DNA of 49,908 bases, from the NCBI GenBank assembly GCA_022711575.1, contig JAKLES010000002.1, forward strand, positions 1-49,908, given 5' to 3'. The notes beneath the pieces are model-generated. The model saw only the letters and a program-made list of their open reading frames with translations. It was not told where the DNA came from and ran no database searches. The DNA comes from Deltaproteobacteria bacterium. GTDB taxonomy: Bacteria; Desulfobacterota; Syntrophia; Syntrophales; Smithellaceae. The position numbers were made by a program, and so were the translations under genes. The number at the start of each line of letters is the position of its first letter. Positions within the stretch are counted from its first letter, which is position 1. This document shows positions 1-8,475 of the stretch, piece by piece.

Positions 1-404
1 CTAGCATTTCCTGCAGTTATGGAAACGACAGTAAATGAATTGAATAGCCACATATCCTTGGTGCCATCTATTGTCTGGGACAAGAACGATGACGCCGAAC
101 TGGCTTTGCCAACTCCTGATTCTATTGTCCACCCAGTTCCCTTCGTCCATCCCGTATCCGAATCAAATCCACCATTCGTTATCAACTCTGGCCCAAGCGT
201 CGGCTCATTCACCAGCACGCCACCCGACACGCGCCATGTGCCGTTGTGCTTGAAGATGCTTGGGAGTCCATCAGCAAAGTTCCAAGTGCGGAAAGGATTA
301 ACAGCAGAACCACTCAGCACGCGGTAGCGCACAGGAGGCACAGCAAATGCGCTAGGAACAAGTAATCCTGTTGCAGCGCACTTGAGAAAAAATCGGCGGT
401 TCAT
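1..404 (-). CDS. Secreted protein, 5' part only (runs off left edge): twin-arginine (Tat) signal peptide plus CBM-like NGGF..GW motif
   Basis: Absent from the ORF track because there is no stop inside the window. The minus-strand ATG at 404-402 lies one nt after the TAA (406-408) of the upstream gene. The translation MNRRFFLKCAATGLLVPSAFA fits the S/T-R-R-x-F-L-K Tat consensus. Later, GPELITNGGFDSDTGWTKGTGWTIE resembles carbohydrate-binding or fibre-tip motifs. The frame stays open to position 1. The segment is visibly more G+C- and CpG-rich than its neighbours. Confidence 0.6.
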   Translation of the reverse strand, partial: MNRRFFLKCAATGLLVPSAFAVPPVRYRVLSGSAVNPFRTWNFADGLPSIFKHNGTWRVSGGVLVNEPTLGPELITNGGFDSDTGWTKGTGWTIESGVGKASSASSFLSQTIDGTKDMWLFNSFTVVSITAGNA

Positions 405-405
405 G

Positions 406-1077
406 TTAATCTTGGAGAATTGTCCAAGAAATTCTTGAAGGATTGCTGTTTGTAATTGCTGTTTTACTTACTGGATAAATATACAAAGTTGTAGCAAGTG
501 GAGTAAAACCAATACCAAGTCCGGTTTTTGTGGCAATCCAATTAGTTCCTATTTGAACAAAATCTCCAGTTGTGAATTGAACAACACCGGCGATTTTTGT
601 CAAGTCAGATTGAACTAAATTTGCAGCAGCATTTGTAGTTGGCCAAGTTATTGTATCTACACAGACAAGTAGATTTATATCTGGCTTCACACTTGGATCA
701 GCAAGAGTTCCACCATGAGTCCAAGTGAGTGTTTGTAAAATTGCACTTCCTCCAGTAGTTCTGGAAGCATTAGAAATAGAGATTGCCGTAGCTAAAACAT
801 CATTTGCCGCAACTCCAGTCGCAGTAGTGTCAACATAAACAATCTGCTCGCCAATCTGAGTGAACCCACCAACATTTGTCTGAGTATTAACCGCAGCATT
901 TATGGTATTAGTAACATTTACATCTGTAAAAATCGTATTTGTAACTGTTCCAGTAAAAGTCACATTAGTCCCAACATCCACAAGAAGTCTTCCATCTTTA
1001 TAATTAGGCGTTGTTGGATATAGTGGTTGGGAATAAACAAAAAGAGGAAAAAGAAGAAGAAGAAATAACTTTTTCAT
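406..1077 (-). CDS. Secreted protein (Sec-type signal peptide) in virion module, function unknown
   Basis: 223-aa ORF. The N-terminus MKKLFLLLLFPLFVYSQ is a canonical signal peptide, and the rest is Thr/Asn/Val-rich and beta-like. It is tightly packed in the late operon. Confidence 0.6.
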   Translation of the reverse strand: MKKLFLLLLFPLFVYSQPLYPTTPNYKDGRLLVDVGTNVTFTGTVTNTIFTDVNVTNTINAAVNTQTNVGGFTQIGEQIVYVDTTATGVAANDVLATAISISNASRTTGGSAILQTLTWTHGGTLADPSVKPDINLLVCVDTITWPTTNAAANLVQSDLTKIAGVVQFTTGDFVQIGTNWIATKTGLGIGFTPLATTLYIYPVSKTAITNSNPSRISWTILQD

Positions 1078-1080
1078 AAA

Positions 1081-1116
1081 TAAAAAAGAGGGAGCAGGTT
1101 TTTAGCCCACTCCCTC
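1081..1116 (-). terminator. Candidate intrinsic terminator after the capsid gene and 162-aa gene
   Basis: On the minus strand GAGGGAG (1116-1110) pairs with CTCCCTC (1094-1088) across a 15-nt loop. A T6 run follows (plus-strand A-run 1082-1087). The stem is short and the loop large, so strength is moderate. Confidence 0.45.
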
Positions 1117-1129
1117 CCAGGGGAAGAAC

Positions 1130-1618
1130 CTACCGCCGTCGATAGTTAATTGTAATAGTTGCGTTAGTATTAGCAGTTGCTAATACTCCTCTCAAAGCCT
1201 CCAGTCCATCAGTGTATGTGTAAGTCTGAGTTGTTCCAGCAGGAACAGTGGTTGTCAACAATGTTGGATAAAGGTTTGTGGAAGCTGCAACAGTTGCAGT
1301 AGTGTTAGTAACCATCAAGAAGCTATTTGTTTGATAAGCTCCAAAATAGTTTGTCCACCTAACTTTGTTTGTAATAACACTAGAAGTTGTGTTATTAGTG
1401 TAAGCACTGAGTGTATAAGTCAAGCTATTAGTTGGCGCATCATACAATGTGATGTTTGCAGCATCAGTTGTAGTATTATTTGCCAGCGTAATAGAAGAAA
1501 TAGACAAGTAGCCAGTAATTACAGCGTTTGTATTACTGTTAGTGAAGACAGTAGAAACTGTTGCACCCTGAGCAGCAAAACTAGCTGTGAGGAAAAGTCC
1601 CAGAAAAATCTTTTTCAT
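1130..1618 (-). CDS. Small secreted Thr/Asn-rich protein (possible capsid or surface decoration), function unknown
   Basis: 162-aa ORF with signal peptide MKKIFLGLFLTASFAAQG. It sits immediately downstream of the putative capsid gene, and AAGGA lies upstream of the ATG. Confidence 0.6.
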   Translation of the reverse strand: MKKIFLGLFLTASFAAQGATVSTVFTNSNTNAVITGYLSISSITLANNTTTDAANITLYDAPTNSLTYTLSAYTNNTTSSVITNKVRWTNYFGAYQTNSFLMVTNTTATVAASTNLYPTLLTTTVPAGTTQTYTYTDGLEALRGVLATANTNATITINYRRR

Positions 1619-1642
1619 ATTCTTAGTTTCCTTTCTTAAAGA

Positions 1643-2905
1643 TTAAATCTCAGGACGTGCCCGACGATAGAAGATAGGAATGCAATTCCGAGGTTGCCCA
1701 GGAAGACACCCACAAGTAACGCTTGCAATAAGTTGAAGCAAACGTCCATACTTGTTAGTATCCACATGAGTAACATTCCCACCAGAAGTTGTAACCCTAA
1801 GAACTTGGTCAGTAATATAAACCTCACCGTTCCAATTCATAGAATAGAACTTCTTTTGATCAATTGCTTTAGAGCTAAACTCCTTCGGAGGAGCACCAAC
1901 AGCAATAGACTTGTAAGCATCTGCTCCCATAAGCCAAGCAACACCAAATGGAGCTTTAGTAAGAGATGCGTAGTCAGGATTAACAATCACCTGTCGTCCA
2001 CGTCCCTCAGCAGTTTCATCAAGAACAATCTGAGGATTGTAGATTGTCCCATCTGCTCCAAAACGAATTGCACCTTTTTCAAGTTTGCAAGTAATCTTGG
2101 ACCACAAACTACCTCGGAAACCATTAAACAACAGATCGAGATTTACAGACTTCAGATCATGTGCTGTTTGGTCATAGCGGAACATGCTATAAGCTTCGCT
2201 ATCGCACAGCAACACAAATTTGCCTTTAAGTCCCTCGTTATCAGAGGGCATGTTATTAACACCCTCGAAAGGAGGAGCATCAAGGTCTTCCTCAAGAGCA
2301 ATCTGCGCACGATTAATAACATTCAAAGTCAAGTTTGTCTTAACCTGTGCAGCAATATTAGCCCTCCAAGCAGCATTCTTAACATCAGTTTGACCCTCAT
2401 CAGAATATGGAGCATTAGTCAAGTCCGCAACTCCAGCAATTTGCACCAGAGGAGAACGTTGATAAGCTACTGTGCGGATAAACTGATTGTTGAAGATTTG
2501 AATCTGTCGAGTAATATCAGAACTCTTATACTTAACTTGACCCTGCCAAAAATCTTGGAACGAGGGAACAAAAGTGATAAGACGGGTTTCAAAATCTTGA
2601 GCTTTGATCCTAGCAGTCTGCAAAGCTTCATCAACTTCATAGACGTTCTTCGTAGGCTCAACATCAACATTGTTGGGATATACAAAAGTGTTAGCAATCG
2701 GAGATGGCTCCGGTCGCGCACTTTTCATAATATTACCCATGTTTGCTTTCCAGGGGATAGTCCCGAAAAGCTGATCCCAAATATTCCACCTGGGAGCAAC
2801 TTTTACCTCATTTTTAACAAGGTAAAAAGGCAACTTTGCAAACTTGTCTTTATCTTCTGTCTCGGCAAGAGCGAAAGTTGCAGGTTGTTCATACCAACTA
2901 GGCAT
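1643..2905 (-). CDS. Putative major capsid protein
   Basis: 420-aa ORF in the canonical order terminase, portal, scaffold, capsid. It has its own -24/-12 promoter candidate upstream (3023-3042), a hairpin downstream (1081-1116), and an AAAGG ribosome-binding-like site. The call rests on synteny and size only. Confidence 0.6.
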   Translation of the reverse strand: MPSWYEQPATFALAETEDKDKFAKLPFYLVKNEVKVAPRWNIWDQLFGTIPWKANMGNIMKSARPEPSPIANTFVYPNNVDVEPTKNVYEVDEALQTARIKAQDFETRLITFVPSFQDFWQGQVKYKSSDITRQIQIFNNQFIRTVAYQRSPLVQIAGVADLTNAPYSDEGQTDVKNAAWRANIAAQVKTNLTLNVINRAQIALEEDLDAPPFEGVNNMPSDNEGLKGKFVLLCDSEAYSMFRYDQTAHDLKSVNLDLLFNGFRGSLWSKITCKLEKGAIRFGADGTIYNPQIVLDETAEGRGRQVIVNPDYASLTKAPFGVAWLMGADAYKSIAVGAPPKEFSSKAIDQKKFYSMNWNGEVYITDQVLRVTTSGGNVTHVDTNKYGRLLQLIASVTCGCLPGQPRNCIPIFYRRARPEI

Positions 2906-3022
2906 AGATACCTTTCGTTCAACTTTTAAAACTAGAAATTAGCTCTAGCAGCTTGTCTTGCCCACAGACATTTAGAAGCATTGAAAGGACTCGATGAAGG
3001 AAGTCCTGGAAGGATAATTGAT

Positions 3023-3042
3023 AGAAGCAAGAACCATGCCAA
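3023..3042 (-). promoter_or_regulatory. Sigma-54 type (-24/-12) promoter candidate upstream of capsid gene
   Basis: The minus strand reads TTGGCATGGTTCTTGCTTCT. GG is at 3040-3039 and GC at 3028-3027, with exactly 10 nt between them, matching TGGCAC-N5-TTGCW. It is intergenic and about 120 nt upstream of the capsid ATG. Confidence 0.65.
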
Positions 3043-3080
3043 GGATATGTTCTATACTTAGCATGGTTCATAGAAGAAGA

Positions 3081-4214
3081 CTATAAATCTTTGTCGATTT
3101 CTTCGAGATTAATAAGAGTTGAATTCTTACTAGCTTTTGATGTTCTAGCTGAACTTACTGATGGCTGGACTTTTTGTAGCGTTTGATTTTCAATTTTCTT
3201 GCTCTGCACTTGTGCCTCAAGTTCCTTGATCCTCTTTGCCATGAGGTTAGCAGTAAGAAACAGGTCAGCACCAAGATCAGATGGAATAAAAGATTTAAAG
3301 GCTGGAGGGAGTGTGTCGAGAAATTGCTTGCGTAATGCTTTTGGTGTTGTAGTCCCTCCGAAAATCTTTGAATCATCAAGAATTTTCTCGTTCTTCCTCC
3401 AAGCAAAATACTTTTCTGCTTCCCTATTAACTACTCCAAGCTGGTCATCATAGAATTTCTTGTGTCCTTCTTGGATATTTTTTAATGCTACTTCTGCGGA
3501 GGCTTTCTTCTGCACAGCTTGGTTATATAATCCAAGCATATTAATATCATCAGCACCATCAGCATTAAAAGGTCCAGAAAATTTTGGCTCCCCTTTTTCA
3601 TCATATCCATCAAGTTTCCAATATGCTTGTCCTGCTTTAATAGCTTTTAGCTGTTCATGCCAGAATTGAGTTTCAAAATTTGCTTTAGTAAATTCTACTT
3701 GTTGTTTTTCAAAATCTGGATGTAGTAAATATCCATTAGGATGGCCAAAAAATTGCGAGGCTTCTTTTTGAGAATTTTCAAGTTCCTGCACTCGCTTTGC
3801 AGCAGCATAAAGTTCCGGGAGGCGATTTTTAAGATGATTAAAAACCCCATTAGGAACTTTTTTCAAAAAAGGAGCATCAGCGGGATCAAATATAGAATAG
3901 TCCCTCGCATCACTTTGTGGCTTTTCTTCCGTAGCACCTGTTACGATAGGCTCATCTGGATCAGAAGGAGCTTCTGGTGCTTGGCCTGGAGGAGTAATAT
4001 CCTCAGAGAAATCACTATCTTCTTCAGAATTCTCAATATTTGGATTTTTGTCATCTTCAATAGTAACATTATCTAAAGCTTCTGGAGGAGGCGGACCTTT
4101 TTTAATCTTCTGCTCAACAATACTAGGCTCGGAGGACTTACCACTTGATTCCTTCACACTAGGAATTGGCTTATCAATATCCAATCCCATAACACTAGGG
4201 TCTATTAAGTTCAT
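3081..4214 (-). CDS. Putative scaffolding protein
   Basis: 377-aa ORF between portal and capsid. It has an acidic, Pro/Glu-rich N-terminal third and long helical or coiled-coil-looking segments. The call is positional. Confidence 0.5.
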   Translation of the reverse strand: MNLIDPSVMGLDIDKPIPSVKESSGKSSEPSIVEQKIKKGPPPPEALDNVTIEDDKNPNIENSEEDSDFSEDITPPGQAPEAPSDPDEPIVTGATEEKPQSDARDYSIFDPADAPFLKKVPNGVFNHLKNRLPELYAAAKRVQELENSQKEASQFFGHPNGYLLHPDFEKQQVEFTKANFETQFWHEQLKAIKAGQAYWKLDGYDEKGEPKFSGPFNADGADDINMLGLYNQAVQKKASAEVALKNIQEGHKKFYDDQLGVVNREAEKYFAWRKNEKILDDSKIFGGTTTPKALRKQFLDTLPPAFKSFIPSDLGADLFLTANLMAKRIKELEAQVQSKKIENQTLQKVQPSVSSARTSKASKNSTLINLEEIDKDL

Positions 4215-4413
4215 CTGTTACCTTTCTTAATGCTTTTGTTTCTGCTATAATTGCTCTTACTTCATCGTTTGAAAGTAAGAGAAATTTATTTTCTAGGTCA
4301 ACCAAGTATTGATTGCGCTGTTTCTGGAGGCGCTCCACTAGCTTGATTGTTGTTGGGTGGCGAAGCCATGCCTCGCGGAGGAGGACTTCCGCCGGGTGTT
4401 CCTTGTTGTCCAT
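4195..4413 (-). CDS. Small helical protein ORF overlapping the portal 3' end and scaffold 5' end
   Basis: 72-aa ORF with a coherent helical-looking sequence (..TTIKLVERLQKQRNQYLVDLENKF..). It overlaps the low-complexity C-terminal tail of the portal ORF by 116 nt in another frame, and the scaffold start by 20 nt. Confidence 0.35.
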   Translation of the reverse strand: MDNKEHPAEVLLREAWLRHPTTIKLVERLQKQRNQYLVDLENKFLLLSNDEVRAIIAETKALRKVTDELNRP

Positions 4414-6112
4414 AAAGTAACTGAGTTACTACTTGATTCATTTGTTGAAGTTGTCCCATATATGGAGCTATCATTTGCTGGCCCTCGGGATCTTTTATTA
4501 CAAAAGGAATCATAAGTTGAATTACTTGCTGCATAGAAGCAAGAAGTTTCTTAGTCATATCCTGCTCATCCATAGCTTGGAAAATATCCTCAGCCTCATC
4601 AGGAAAAGCGAGGGAGATAAACTTTCTAAAAAATAACTCTCCTACTTTTCCTTGAGCAAAAGGTGTTTGAGCAAAGACTGGCCAGAATTGCATAAACTTC
4701 TGCAACTTCTCCTGTCTTTCAATTACATCTTGATCCCCAGCAGGTTTTAGAATATATGTGTATTTGAAATATTCCATTTTTGTGGGAGTTTTCACAATCC
4801 CTGCGAGGACTTGGGAACGGTAGATTTTCCAGCAAAGAGTATAAATCCCCTTCATAACCGCAGATAACAATGCTACCTGAACAGCAGTAAGCATTGTGCT
4901 GGTCATTGTTGCTGCTTTTATCTCTGTTGCAGTTTTCTCGCTATCTTTGCGATTTTGAACAGCAAAATTAGGCTGCGAGGTTTCACTCTGATTTTGAATC
5001 GCTAATGCTTGGATTGCTTGCAGCATTGCTGGAGTAGGAGGAGTAAGTTGCCAGAACTTAATCGCACTATCCATTACAACTCCGGGACTTAGTTTTATGT
5101 CTGTTTGCAGAGGATCACGTCCTACTCCTCCCATGGGATTATCCATGTTTGCATAAACATTAGCAGCTCGCCTATGGGCTGTTACGAAAGAGGACATCAA
5201 AGAAGACGAAGCTTCTTGCAAAGATCTATCTAAATCTATACGGCCTTTAGACTTAAAAATCTCATCATTTTCAGAAATAAGATAGTCAAACTTAAAAATT
5301 GGATATTCTGTAATAGGCTCATCAACTACAGATTGTTCTCCAGTATTTGGATCAATATTTATATTTTTGTAAATACCTAAGTTTAGCTGCCTCGGAGCAG
5401 CTAACCAATCTGTGCAATCTTCCTTAGAAGCACTCCAGGCTACAAAAACAACTCCATCTCGCTTGAAAAATACTTTCTCAATACAATAGTTATTTTTACT
5501 ACTGTCTTCTTTTTCAAAATCTTTAAGGATTTTTGAAACCTGGGAGGAGGAGAATCTCCCACTAGTTTTGAACTCTCTGAGTTGCAAAGCTGTGAGGGTA
5601 TATCTCCGAATTATGAATTCCTGCCCTTGCAAGTCTTCACAATCAAGTGGAAATACAAGATCCTCATGTTGGATATACTCCACTGCAAACCTCCCAGGTT
5701 TCGTTTGATCATAAATAACCTCAAAACAACTCCACCCGTGCATAGGTGTGCAATCGACAGATTTAAAAAATGGAATCTGCCAACCATCATAACGACATTT
5801 TGTAGTGAAGTCTTTTTCTAGTTCTTCTGTAGGCAAGTCTGGAATTTCAACACAACTAAAAATTGCCTGCCTCCTAGCTTGGGTTAGATAAGCTACATAA
5901 GAAGCTTGCTCTCTCCTAATGTTGGTGTCAGCAAGTTTCAGAGGGATATATTTCTCATCAGGCTGTAAGTTTCCTTTAGTTCTTTCCTCCTCCTCATCAA
6001 GTTCTACATAACGGAATTTCCTATTTTCTTTTGTCCTAGTATCTTCCTCTGACCACTGACCGAGAAGTTTACTAATCTTCTCCCTCGCTTCTTTGTAGTT
6101 TATAAAATCCAT
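4298..6112 (-). CDS. Putative portal protein
   Basis: 604-aa ORF downstream of the large terminase (separated only by the 77-aa ORF 6115-6348) and upstream of the scaffold. GGAGG lies 8 nt upstream of the ATG. Size and position are typical of portals. Confidence 0.6.
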   Translation of the reverse strand: MDFINYKEAREKISKLLGQWSEEDTRTKENRKFRYVELDEEEERTKGNLQPDEKYIPLKLADTNIRREQASYVAYLTQARRQAIFSCVEIPDLPTEELEKDFTTKCRYDGWQIPFFKSVDCTPMHGWSCFEVIYDQTKPGRFAVEYIQHEDLVFPLDCEDLQGQEFIIRRYTLTALQLREFKTSGRFSSSQVSKILKDFEKEDSSKNNYCIEKVFFKRDGVVFVAWSASKEDCTDWLAAPRQLNLGIYKNINIDPNTGEQSVVDEPITEYPIFKFDYLISENDEIFKSKGRIDLDRSLQEASSSLMSSFVTAHRRAANVYANMDNPMGGVGRDPLQTDIKLSPGVVMDSAIKFWQLTPPTPAMLQAIQALAIQNQSETSQPNFAVQNRKDSEKTATEIKAATMTSTMLTAVQVALLSAVMKGIYTLCWKIYRSQVLAGIVKTPTKMEYFKYTYILKPAGDQDVIERQEKLQKFMQFWPVFAQTPFAQGKVGELFFRKFISLAFPDEAEDIFQAMDEQDMTKKLLASMQQVIQLMIPFVIKDPEGQQMIAPYMGQLQQMNQVVTQLLYGQQGTPGGSPPPRGMASPPNNNQASGAPPETAQSILG

Positions 6113-6114
6113 AA

Positions 6115-6348
6115 CTAGCCCTCCATAGTTTCTTTCTCAGAAACTTCTTCACTAAGTAGATAATCTTTAAGTTGTGTTTTCTGTTCTGGAGTAAGTCCCT
6201 CGCAGAAAGAAACTGGATCAAACTCAGGAGTTTCATCAGCTTCCATAGGGGCTTCTTCCATCATAGACTCCTCGTCATCTTCCATAGGTGGCGGAGGAGG
6301 TCCAGGACGCTTCATTCCAACTTTATTTGGCGGGACGAACTTAGGCAT
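6115..6348 (-). CDS. Small acidic, proline-rich protein
   Basis: 77-aa ORF (PGPPPPPMEDDEESMMEE..) that abuts the terminase stop and the portal start. Confidence 0.5.
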   Translation of the reverse strand: MPKFVPPNKVGMKRPGPPPPPMEDDEESMMEEAPMEADETPEFDPVSFCEGLTPEQKTQLKDYLLSEEVSEKETMEG

Positions 6349-7895
6349 TAGTTTTCCTTTCCTATTAGGTTGTTTAACTGACTTAGCTTTTTTAAAAACA
6401 CACTAGAAGGTTTGGTTTCTTTCTTGTCTTTTTCTATCTTGCTCCATTTAGTAAGAGAAAAATCCTTAAGTCTAGGATCTTCTTTATCTATTTTCTTGTA
6501 GCGTTTTACTATCGAACCTGTTCCCTCGTAACTACAAAATGCAAGTATTGCACTGTCAGCTTCATCTGGAGAAAGCCTACCTTTAGCGATTGCTTCATGT
6601 TTAGGCTCAAGATGCAAAATACCACTTTTAATAAAGGATCTTCTATTTAGTAGCTGGTCTATAAGGTCTTTGTTTGCTGCTTTGTTTTCACAAAATACAA
6701 TATTACAATCTTCAAGAAGTTTCCTGAAATGATACCAGTTTTCTATTCCAAGATTCTTATATGTGCGAGGGTCAGATGTTTTGGATTGGTTAAATACATA
6801 GTGGATTCCAACCCATTTGTAGTTGTAAACTAAGTTATCAAGAATTCCAATCCCCAACCCAGAGGCATCAGCAAAAATATCTTGTCCTCGGGCACCATAT
6901 TCTTTAAACCAACTATCTAAAATCTTCGCAGCTAAAGCTGTATTTTGCATTGAGAACTTATGCTGCTTTATAAGTTGGTTTCCATTTACAACAGTTAGAA
7001 CATTCTTATTTCCTCCGGCAGCTAAATCTAATCCAAATCTATTAAACTTTTCAATAAGTGGCGGAGGCTGACAAGCAAAGCAGTTGTTTAGAATATCCGC
7101 AGTAATTATGCTAACCATGTCCTCGGAGGCAAACTCCGCATCTAGCATAGACTTTACTAGCGGGTGATCAGCACCGTATTTTGTAATTAAAATCTCATGG
7201 TGTTTCTTGCTAAAATGCTCACAATCCTTACTCTTAACTACAAGCTTTGTCCAGTGAGGAGATACTTGGGATTCATAAAAATCTCCAGTAGCCTCACCTG
7301 GAGAGGAAACATAGATTTTCATTGTAAATCCTGTGCATCGCTCAAGAGCAGAGAAGATAACAGGATCTACACTTTTGGCTTCATTTACAATCAATATTAG
7401 TTCTGAGTTTCCATCCCGAGGGTGAAATCCTTCTGCTTTTCCTCCCTCGTCGGTGGCAAACATAAGACACTCACCACCAAAAACAAGATTTTTAATCTCT
7501 CGTTGTTTTATGTCAAATAACTCTGAGCCAAAATAGGCGTTGAAATTTTTACAAAGATTACTTATGTATTTTTCTGTTTGATGTTTGAGCTGAAATCCAG
7601 AGGAGGAGGTTATTGGAATTGTTACATTAGGAGAAAGTAAAAGTTTCCAACAAGCAAAGCCAGCAATTATAAACTTGTCTTTCCCACTACCATTTACCGC
7701 TCGGAGGGAAAACAAGCATGGGTCTAAGATAGTATAGTTTTTAGCTAATTTTACTAACGCTCTTACTTGCCAACCATAAAGAGTAGTCCTCCCGCTCTTT
7801 ATGTCATCATCAAACATAGACAAGAACTCTACAGGAGTAGGGAAAGCTTTTTTCAAAGCTTCTAGGACTTCCTCTTTGGAGAGTTCTTTGTCCAT
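6348..7895 (-). CDS. terL: Terminase large subunit
   Basis: 515-aa ORF. It has the P-loop-like motif RAVNGSGKDKF and the Walker-B-like ELILIVNEAKS, and the C-terminal half is of nuclease-domain size. It is positioned upstream of the portal. Confidence 0.7.
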   Translation of the reverse strand: MDKELSKEEVLEALKKAFPTPVEFLSMFDDDIKSGRTTLYGWQVRALVKLAKNYTILDPCLFSLRAVNGSGKDKFIIAGFACWKLLLSPNVTIPITSSSGFQLKHQTEKYISNLCKNFNAYFGSELFDIKQREIKNLVFGGECLMFATDEGGKAEGFHPRDGNSELILIVNEAKSVDPVIFSALERCTGFTMKIYVSSPGEATGDFYESQVSPHWTKLVVKSKDCEHFSKKHHEILITKYGADHPLVKSMLDAEFASEDMVSIITADILNNCFACQPPPLIEKFNRFGLDLAAGGNKNVLTVVNGNQLIKQHKFSMQNTALAAKILDSWFKEYGARGQDIFADASGLGIGILDNLVYNYKWVGIHYVFNQSKTSDPRTYKNLGIENWYHFRKLLEDCNIVFCENKAANKDLIDQLLNRRSFIKSGILHLEPKHEAIAKGRLSPDEADSAILAFCSYEGTGSIVKRYKKIDKEDPRLKDFSLTKWSKIEKDKKETKPSSVFLKKLSQLNNLIGKEN

Positions 7896-8147
7896 TTATT
7901 CGTTTCTAGCGATTGCAGCATTTGCCCACATAATAGCTTCTTCAAGTTTTGTAAGGGCTAAAGATTGTTCTCGGCTCTGTTTAGAACATTTAGCAATCAA
8001 AAGAGCCAGTTGTTTTGCAGACTCTCTTAAAACTGCATATCTTTCTATTTGTGAGTTATTAGGAGGATGGTAAGTAAAATCATTTATGATTCTTTCATAC
8101 ACATCCATCGGTATTTGATATTCAGTAGCAGTCATAATATTAGACAA
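7896..8147 (-). CDS. Hypothetical protein
   Basis: 83-aa ORF, end-to-end with its neighbours in the late operon. Confidence 0.5.
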   Translation of the reverse strand: MSNIMTATEYQIPMDVYERIINDFTYHPPNNSQIERYAVLRESAKQLALLIAKCSKQSREQSLALTKLEEAIMWANAAIARNE

Positions 8148-8472
8148 AACGTTTTAAAAATGCTCGGAGGAAATAAACTTGATTAAAACCTTGTTTCTTG
8201 CCTAGTAACTTACCTTCTTTGTAGATTCCTAGATATGGAAGTTTCCCAGCTTTATATAATTCTTTCCACCCATCCTCCTTATTCACATCCTTCTCAACAA
8301 CATTATACTGAGCAACAATAGGTTTAAGTGTAATACTTTTAAACTGCCTCCGGGTTGCCGCGCAGGAGGCACAGCACTCTTTGCACCACATAACTAAGTC
8401 TAAGACTTTACTACTTTCTAGTTTCTCTCCTGGAGCCTTCGGCTCGGAGGGTCTAAATGGTTTCTTTGCCAT
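8140..8472 (-). CDS. Thioredoxin-fold protein (WCxxC motif)
   Basis: 110 aa. LDLVMWCKECCASC aligns with the thioredoxin motif F-W-A-x-W-C-G-P-C. KLPYLGIYKEGKLLGKKQG aligns with the cis-Pro and beta-strand region (IPTLLLFKNGE..G). Confidence 0.55.
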   Translation of the reverse strand: MAKKPFRPSEPKAPGEKLESSKVLDLVMWCKECCASCAATRRQFKSITLKPIVAQYNVVEKDVNKEDGWKELYKAGKLPYLGIYKEGKLLGKKQGFNQVYFLRAFLKRFV

Positions 8473-8475
8473 AAG

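Noticed and set aside
19-327. Plus-strand ORFs of 102 and 60 aa at the left edge
   Set aside because: The opposite strand encodes a convincing Tat-signal protein that is translationally coupled to the upstream gene. The plus-strand ORFs are Pro/Ser-rich shadows.
1694-2929. 411-aa plus-strand ORF covering the whole capsid gene region
   Set aside because: It is a shadow ORF antisense to a far more protein-like 420-aa ORF. Its translation is low-complexity (Ser/Leu/Ile/Asn/Arg-rich), and it breaks the uninterrupted minus-strand operon.
4358-4380. Additional TGGCA / GGCAT-containing sites (e.g. 4358-4380, 35455-35475, 3650-3675, 41620-41645, 12955-12975)
   Set aside because: The GG-to-GC spacing is 8, 9 or more than 11 nt instead of 10, or the -12 TGC is missing. 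Most lie inside coding sequence in the wrong orientation.
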